A DNA stretch of 64,000 nt. Origin: Octopus vulgaris (lineage: Eukaryota). The notes under the pieces are model-generated. The model did not search any database. It saw only the letters and a program-made list of their open reading frames with translations, and was not told the DNA's origin. Location of the stretch: assembly GCA_951406725.2 (NCBI GenBank), contig OX597820.1, positions 46,314,001 to 46,378,000 on the forward strand. The letters run 5' to 3'. Of the stretch, positions 53,678-64,000 are shown piece by piece. The position numbers and the translations under genes were made by a program. How positions within the stretch are numbered: the stretch's first letter is position 1; the number at the start of each line of letters is the position of its first letter.

Positions 53678-55137
53678 TTGCAACCCAAATCTTGCTGCCA
53701 CCTATGTATGTAAAGACAGTGATTACTCGGTCTCTGATGCCGCAAAAAGCCAACAGCTCTGTTAGAATTAAATATTAGCGAGAGAGGCAGTGTTAATACC
53801 GAATGGCAATCGTTATATCCAACTTAATGTGGATGATCTATTAAACGTTGCACATCTGCTACCAATATGCCTATGCTTTTAGTACTATATGTCAGTAAGA
53901 GATGATTTCTCAGCGCGAATACCGGAGTATTATGCCAAACAATACACCCACGTTACATAAGTTATAAAGATTGCCAATCGGCCTTAATACTGGTTCCTTA
54001 GCTAATATTCACCACACACACACACACATACGCACACTTACATTTTCAGGTACATACACACTCGCCGCGTCTTTCTCTCTCTCTCCCTCTCTCTCGCTCT
54101 GGCTTTCTCTCTCTCTCTTTCTTTCGCTCTGGTTTTCTCTCTCTCCCTCTCTCTCGCTCTGGTTTTCTCTCTCTCCCTCTCTCTCACTCTGGCTTTCTCT
54201 CTCTCCCTTTCTCTCGCTCTGGCTTTCTCTCTCTCTCTCTCTCTCTCTTGCTCTGGCTTTCTCTCTCTCCCTCTCTCTCTTTCTCTCTCTCCCTCTCCCT
54301 CGCTCTGGTTTTCTCTCTCTCCCTCTCTCTCACTCTGGCTTTCTCTCTCTCCCTTTCTCTCGCTCTGGCTTTCTCTCTCTCCCTCTCTCTTGCTCTGGCT
54401 TTCTCTCTCTCCCTCTCTCTCGCTCTGGCTTTCTCTCCCTCCACCTCTCTCCCTCTCTCCCGCTCTGGCTTTCTCTCCCCCTCTCTCTCTCTCACACACA
54501 TGCGCGCGGACGCTGTATTTCTCAGCTGGTAGACTCACATATTTCAAAGAAAACCAAAACACATTCTAGAATTGTTTAACAGTAACAGTTCCTATTATTA
54601 TAAAACGAGATTCTAGAAAACAGAGAGAAGAAACATCAACATTCAGTGCAGGCTTTTTTCCAAATAGACACAAACACCACAAGTGCACATTCAGATATCT
54701 GTGCTTACATATATGCACACACTCACATGCACCCATCCACATGCACCCATCCACATACATACCTAGGCATAGACGTGTGGTTAAGAAGAGCTCTTCGGAA
54801 GTATTAGTTTGGATTCGGTCCCACTGCATGGCATACTCTACTAAGACTTAGGGCCGAATAAATTTGGTAAAGGGAGACTGTGTGGAAGCCAGTCGTATAC
54901 AGATGGTTTCAGTTTGTTTAATTCCCAGAAAATAAGCAGTTCTTATACATACATACATACATACATACATACATACATACATACATACATACATACATTC
55001 ATACATACATACATACATACATACATATGTATATATGTATATCTATCTATCTATGTATGTGTGGGTCTACATATATATGTATATATATAGACACTTACAC
55101 TCACACACACATACTTGTCCGTAACAAACACTTGACC

Positions 55138-55884
55138 GTAACGAAAAATACTCCTCCAGTACTGTTCGGACCTTGCCTACAAAATTCATATCATTTCCCT
55201 CCAAATGATTTTGAAAACTGCGGAATAAATGATAATCAGATGGGACAATGTCCACCGAATATGGTGGGTGGGGCATCGTTTCCCATTCAAACAGCTCCAA
55301 CCTTTGGAAAGTCGTCCTCGCTGTATGTGGCCGAACGTTAATTATCCTGATGAAAGAAAACCTTTCATCTTGAAACCAAAGATGGTCATTTTTCTTCTAG
55401 CGCTGGCTTGACTGACTGGTTGAATGGCCAAATCCAAGTTTCTTTGCTAGTTTCTCAACAATTACGATGTGATTTTGTTCTACCAGAGTTTGCAGGACGT
55501 CCTCGATATTCCAGGACAAGGCTCGTCTTCTAGGTTATAGTTTCCGGCTCGGAATTTCAAGAACCACTGTTGACACTGCGTTTCGCTTATTGCCCAATCC
55601 CCATATACTGCATTAAAATTCCTCACACTTTCCGTTGGATAGTTGCCTTTATTGAACTCATAAAGCAAAATATGCCGAATGTGCTTCTTTGTCACTTCCA
55701 TTATAGCTTTGATAAAATAACTTTTAAAATCGGACTGCGCTCTTCAAATCTTGCACTAAGAATAAGGGCAGGGTAAAATTATTACCTGCTTTTATAGCAG
55801 GGTGATGCCGGTAGTTTATCGCATCTCTCACCGACTTTTAGTTATGCAATTGAAAAAAACCGCATTATTTATGGGATGACCGAA
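55138..55884 (-). mobile_element. Internally deleted mariner with left TIR
   Basis: MEVTKKHIRHILLYEFNKG..WFLKFRAGNYNLEDE and HPPYS motif; TIR ccgcattatttatgggatgaccgaa followed by TA. Confidence 0.9.
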
Positions 55885-55890
55885 TATATA

Positions 55891-56263
55891 TCTCTCTATA
55901 TATAAACGGCAGTTTGTCTGTGCGTGTTTCTGTGTGTCTGTTTGCTTGTACCCTCACCCTGACCACGGCTTTCAACCGATTCTGATGAAACTTGACACAC
56001 ACATAGCCCAATGTCATAATTGAAAACTAACGCAGCGAAAATTTTGAAAAGTTCCCCCAGTTCTGAAAAAAATCGATAAATTCGACATGGGGTCGAGAAT
56101 CAGAAACACGAACCACAAACTGTCTAGGGGACGCAACTCCATCCTTTTTTAACTCTCAAAAAAAATTTACCATTTTTTTTTCCATTTTTTGGCTATAACT
56201 CTCTAAAAATGCTTTATAGTTATTTCCCTTACAAACCTGAGCAACGCCGGGCGATACTGCTAG
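55891..56263 (+). mobile_element. Non-autonomous Helitron, family 1
   Basis: A|TCtctctatatataaacggc..gcaacgccgggcgatactgCTAG|T. Confidence 0.88.
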
Positions 56264-56436
56264 TATATATATATAGAGGATATATCCTGTAGCTGGTTAA
56301 CGATGCACAGCTGCATCCAATAAAATTGCCAGCTGGGGAGCGAACCCCTGCCATCTCCTGGTTTTGGGGTATTTCTGCCACTCCTAAATCCTGGATACGT
56401 CGTCTGCTAGAGATGATAGCAGCTTGCTTCTGCACG

Positions 56437-56480
<44 letters not shown>

Positions 56481-56483
<3 letters not shown>

Positions 56484-56726
56484 TCTTTTACTTGTTTCAG
56501 TCATTTGACTGTGGCCATGCTGGAGCACCGCCTTTAGTCGAGCAAATCGACCCCGGACTTATTCTTTGTAAGCCCAGTACTATTCTATCGGTCTCTTTGC
56601 CGAACCGCTAAGTGACGGGGACGTAAACACACCAGCATCGGTTGTCAAGCAATGCTGGGGGACAAACACAGACACACAAACATATATACACACACACTTA
56701 TATATATATACATATATACGACAGGC
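56481..56726 (-). mobile_element. SINE A, 3' half (similar copies at 60420-60640 and 63103-63320)
   Basis: tactcttttacttgtttcagtcatttgactg.ggccatgctggagcaccgcc. Confidence 0.9.
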
Positions 56727-56735
56727 TAGATAGAT

Positions 56736-56842
<107 letters not shown>

Positions 56843-57023
56843 TAAGAAGAAGAGAGGAGATAGTGCCTAGTAGCTGGGTGAAAATTTGGAGCCACTATCA
56901 CACCTCTTCTGATAAAGTTTTATAGACATGTACTCCGCAAAAATGTATTGAGTTTATCGTTAAATTGTTTCTATTACAACTTGACATAAGAGATGGAAAG
57001 AAGTCAAGAGAGAGTGAGGGAAG

Positions 57024-57126
<103 letters not shown>

Positions 57127-58085
57127 ATGACAAGAACAGGTATACATTTCATGTGTTATGCTTGTAATAGAGGTACTCATTGGGGTGGTACGTTGATCGT
57201 GCGCAGAGTTAAGCATTGAAGGAGGTGCAGTTTAAAGTTTGTATAAGACGCGAGTGATCTGTGATGATCAGCAGATGCTGTAAGGTGCCAGCAGCAACTT
57301 GCATTTTTGTCTTTCGAAATATAGTATTTATATATTCTGTATCATCCATAGTTGTTGTTGTTGTACATCCCGTTGACGTTTAGAACTAGATTAGCCATGA
57401 TAAGATAGAACAGACATGATGCGTAAGGACGTTTCCACCTATGACCATCACGTATTTTACTTTCGGACACTGCGTATCTATAGGGCTATATGTAATAATT
57501 GTCCCACTGTTTCTTTCTTTTTTTTTTTTTTTATTGGTCTTTTCTTTTTCTAAGAAGGTGAGTTGCGTTTCGGGACAGATTTAGCTGCTATTTCTAGCGA
57601 CGACTGAGTAGAGTAGAGGTTCTTTCATTGGGACCTTCGCAATGTTGATACTTGATGTGCGCTACATTCACACCTACAACCCTACCTATATACCTCCCAC
57701 CCTCCCTCCATCCTCTACCTACCTACCTACCACCTACCTATCTACCTATCTACCTACCTACCTACCTACATACATACGTGCATACATACGTGCATAGATA
57801 CACACATACATATATACATACATACTTACATACACGCTTACGTACATACGTACACATACACACAGAGGCGTATATATGTATTCATACATACATACATACA
57901 TACATACATACATACACACGTTTATGCCTATTCGAAGTTTCAAACACACGCATACAGATACTCATACATACATACGTACATACATACATACATACATACA
58001 TACATACATACATACATACACATACATACATACATACATACACATACATACATACATATTCGTACTGAGATAGTCTAGGTTCAAA

Positions 58086-58134
<49 letters not shown>

Positions 58135-58399
58135 CATACACACACACATGCAGGCATACATACGTACATACATACATACATACATACATACATACATACA
58201 TACATACATACATACATACATACACGCATATATACATACATATACACCATGTATCTATATAAACATGTGTGTGTGTGTGTGTGTGCGCGCGTGTTTAATT
58301 ATATGCAAATGTACATATGGCTGTTTGAACGAAAGTGTATGGGTGGCGGTGTAAGGTGCGGTGCACGCGTATGGCATATGTGCGTGCATTTGTATGTGT

Positions 58400-58447
<48 letters not shown>

Positions 58448-58461
58448 GTGTGTGTGTGTGC

Positions 58462-58497
<36 letters not shown>

Positions 58498-59470
58498 GTG
58501 TGTGTCTACTTGTGGAAGCGACTTGTACCTTAAATGGCGTTATGTTAAGTGCAGTGGGGAAGATATCAAATGTCTTCACCCGCGTCTATCTACCCACCAC
58601 CAAACTTTAACGAACAGAACTCTCCTAGTCTCGCAGATTCCCACCAAACCAATAACGGGGTTGGGAGGAATATATAGATAAATAAATAAATAAACAAAAA
58701 GTGATAACAAAAACACAACAAACAAAATTACAGGAGATAGTAAAACTAAAAAAGCGTTTAACTTTTCCTCCACCTCTCATAATCTATCTCTCACACATTC
58801 CTCCCACTCTCTCTTTCTCATTCAGCCTCCTCATCACCAACTTCTGTATCTCCATCTTTCACTCTACCTCTCTCTCTCTCTCCCCCACTCTCTCGGCCTC
58901 TCTCTTTCTCTTCCTGCCGCCTCCTCCTCCTACTCTCTCTTTTTATTTGTATCTCTCTTTCTCTATCTAAATTTATTTAGCATCTTTTTTATACTTTATT
59001 TCTCTTCTTCATCTTCCGCTTGTCAAAACAAGAACCTTGGATACCAGCTACTACAGTTGACGCCGTTCGAACGTCAAACAACAGAATTGTTTAACGAGTG
59101 TATATACACAGATACATAATATATCTACACACACGTGTATACACGCATTTATTTATTGAGATATATATACTGAGAGATATACCTAAAACACAATGGTAAG
59201 CCATAACTTGTTTATCTACCTATCTTCCTATTTATCTGACTATATGCAAGTGAGCGTGTATATATATATATATATGGATTAGTGTGAGCGTGTGTGTGTG
59301 CGTATTGAGGTGGGTGTGCGCGTGTGTTTCCAAGTTGGACTCTAACCCGGTCTTAGCACTTATCCACCAAACTATGTACCTGTCAGAATGTCTTTTTAGG
59401 TACCTGTCAAAAGATTGGTCTTTTTAAATGTCAATCGTACCTGCAAATCCGTTAAGTCTGAACATGACAC

Positions 59471-59531
<61 letters not shown>

Positions 59532-59561
59532 AATGATGATGATGATGACGACGATGATGAT
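59471..59561. repeat. (GAT)n microsatellite
   Basis: Direct repeat. Confidence 0.95.
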
Positions 59562-59695
59562 ATATTCACAAATATATGTTTACACACATATATATATATA
59601 CCTACATACGGATATGTATGTATATATGTGTGTGCATGTGTGTGTATAAGTGTGTATGTACATATGTATATCATGCGTATATGCATGTATGTATC

Positions 59696-59731
<36 letters not shown>

Positions 59732-59974
59732 CAAATTAATAATAAAGGGTCAAATAAATTAATTAATTAATCAATCAATTAATTAATAATTTTACCAAGT
59801 AGATCGGTACGTTACAATAACCGTTTTAAGTAAAATCATACAAATATTCTATAATAATAAACATAATTATAATTAGATGAAGCAATTAGCTGACCCCTAA
59901 TTATAATTATGTTTATAATTATAGAATATTTGTCTGTGTGTGTGTGTGTTTTTATATATATATATATATATATA

Positions 59975-60358
59975 TCTCTATATATAAACGGCAGTTTGTC
60001 TGTGCGTGTTTCTGTGTGTCTGTTTTCTCGTACCCTCACCCTGACCACGGCTTTCAACCGATTCTGATGAAACTTGACACACACATAGCCCAATGTCATA
60101 ATTCAAAACTAACGCAGCGAAAATTTTGAAAAGTTAACCCCAGTTCTGAAAAAAATCGATAAATTCGACATGGGGTCGAGAATAAAAAAAACAAACCACA
60201 GACTGTCTAGGGGACGCAACTCAACCTTTTTTTACTCTCAAAAAAAAATTTACCATAATTTTTTTCCATTTTTTTGCTATTTTTTGGCTATAACTCTCTA
60301 AAAATGCTTTATAGTTATTTCCCTTACAAACCTGAGCAACGCCGGGCGATACTGCTAG
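59975..60358 (+). mobile_element. Non-autonomous Helitron, family 1
   Basis: TC..CTAG termini, inserted in (TA)n. Confidence 0.88.
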
Positions 60359-60974
60359 TATATATATATATATATATATTTGTGTGCTTGTTCTATATGT
60401 TTGAATATCCTTTCTTAAATACTCTTTTACTCTTTTACTTGTTTCAGTCATTTGACTGCGGCCATGCTGGAGCACCGCCTTTAGTCGAGCAACTCGACCC
60501 CGGGACTTATTCTTTTTGTAAGCCCAGTACTTATTCTATCGGTCTCCTTTGCCGAAACGCTAAGTAACGAGGACATAAACACACCAGCATCGGTTGTTAA
60601 GCAATGCTAGAGGGACAAACACAGACACACAAACACACACACACACATACTACTAATTATTTCTTGTTTGTGGTTGCATTATTGTATACATACATACGCA
60701 TAGGAGGTATGAATATAAATACATTTATATACATATACAAAATATCTTCAATGTTTGTGTTTGCGCTGTTTTGAAAGAGTCGGAAAAGTTTTGATGTAAA
60801 TAAAGATACATGAAAACTTTTCCGTCGGACACTTCGGCTGGAATGTTCCTACTGTTTCTCACCTCGTTTTTGACGTTTCGCGGAATTTCTCTCTCTATAC
60901 GTTTGGTACTGAGAAGAGCCTGCTCATTCTCTTAGGTAGAATTTTTGAATACTTGGAATATGTGTGTGAACGTA

Positions 60975-62310
<1,336 letters not shown>

Positions 62311-62395
62311 AAATTAATTAAGGGTAGAAATTGATATTTATCAATTAAGACCAGTGGTCTAGCATATTAAAAAAGAATCCGAAGATTAAAATATT

Positions 62396-62446
62396 TATAT
62401 ATACCAATTAAGGACTGTCCACTTTTCGTGTTCAGTCCTTAATTGG

Positions 62447-62454
<8 letters not shown>
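62396..62454. repeat. Hairpin with 22-bp arms and 15-nt loop
   Basis: tatatataccaattaaggactg / cagtccttaattggtatatata. Confidence 0.85.
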
Positions 62455-62507
<53 letters not shown>

Positions 62508-62733
62508 GCATATATTCTTTTACTCTTTTACTGTTTTAATTGTTTCAGTCATTTGACTGCGATCATGCTGGAGCAGCGCCCTCTTACATACACATGCACA
62601 CGTGTGTGTGTGTGTGTGTATACGTAGATATGTACGCGAGTATGTGCATAGTGTGTATATACAAATACCAACGTAGGAATGTGAAACATCTAACCAACGA
62701 GTACAGAGATGCACGTATAGCTTCATGAACACA

Positions 62734-62774
<41 letters not shown>

Positions 62775-62973
62775 TCTCTCTCTCTTGTTCCCTAGTTTTC
62801 TCTTTCTGTCTCTCTCACTCTCTCTGAAAGGTGGTGAGGTGGGGGGGACAGAGAAATATCAAATGTCACAAAATCCTATATGTGGTATTCATAATTGTTG
62901 TTGTAGCGATTGTCATATTTCTATATTTAGAATGAGTAGATGAGCCGAACCTCTCTATGAAATATATATGTAT

Positions 62974-63105
<132 letters not shown>

Positions 63106-63319
63106 TCTTTTACTCTTTTACTTGTTTCAGTCATTTGACTGCGGCCATGCTGGAGCACCGCCTTTAGTCGAGCAAATCGACCCGGGACTTATTCTTTGTA
63201 AGCCCAGTACTTATTGTATCGGTCTCTTTTGCCGAACCGCTAGGTGACGGGGACGTAAACACACCAGCATCGGTTGTCAAGCAATGCTAGGGGGACAAAC
63301 ACAGACACACAAACACACG

Positions 63320-63384
<65 letters not shown>

Positions 63385-63409
63385 CAGGCTTATATACATA
63401 TATATATAC

Positions 63410-63576
<167 letters not shown>

Positions 63577-63577
63577 T

Positions 63578-63612
<35 letters not shown>

Positions 63613-63670
63613 TACATAGAATACACACACGCACACACACATATATTCATATACCTACACATATATACAA

Positions 63671-63721
<51 letters not shown>

Positions 63722-64000
63722 TTCATATCTTAATATATAGGTATATATACATATATACACACACAGATTCACATGTTTATACATACGTATATATATGTGT
63801 ATGTGTGTGTGTGTATGTATATATATTTATAAATATGTATATATACATATGAATATATATATGTATGTATATATATATATACATACATATATGTTTGTAT
63901 ATGTGTATGTATAAATATATACATATATGTTTGTGTATGTGTGTGTGTGTATCTATGTATATGCATATACATATTTATGTATATAAGTACCTATGTATGT

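Larger units (their letters stand above)
47910..56362 (+). repeat. Head-to-tail tandem duplication (47910-51923 and 51924-56362)
   Basis: Colinear near-identity 47910-51417 against 51924-55461; shared distal block 51837-51923 against 56275-56361; junction ccatctcctgg-t-agatctgtc. Confidence 0.92.

Overview
AT-rich, microsatellite-dense animal genomic DNA. The SINE repertoire and repeat landscape point to an octopod cephalopod (inference). The one host gene recognised is the 3' part of an IR25a/IR8a-like ionotropic receptor: 4 phase-consistent + strand exons at 3997-11186, about 413 aa, covering end of S1, M1-P-M3, S2 with co-receptor extra loop, M4 and C-tail. The rest is transposon debris: an RTE LINE with three C2H2 fingers, a CR1/L2-type 3' end, Penelope remnants, five tRNA-derived SINE families, mariner/maT/Tc1 derivatives, hAT MITEs and non-autonomous Helitrons. 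There is also a ~4 kb tandem duplication. The most striking unannotated signal is four Type I hammerhead ribozyme motifs of three unrelated sequence families (14896-14954 -, 21645-21717 +, 49598-49668 - and its duplicate 53607-53677 -). They lie in 300-400 nt structured units resembling Penelope pLTRs or retrozymes. Several long fold-back palindromes are anchored on (TA)n tracts. All alignments, folds and family names were made by eye or from memory; repeat boundaries are approximate unless a TSD or TIR is quoted.
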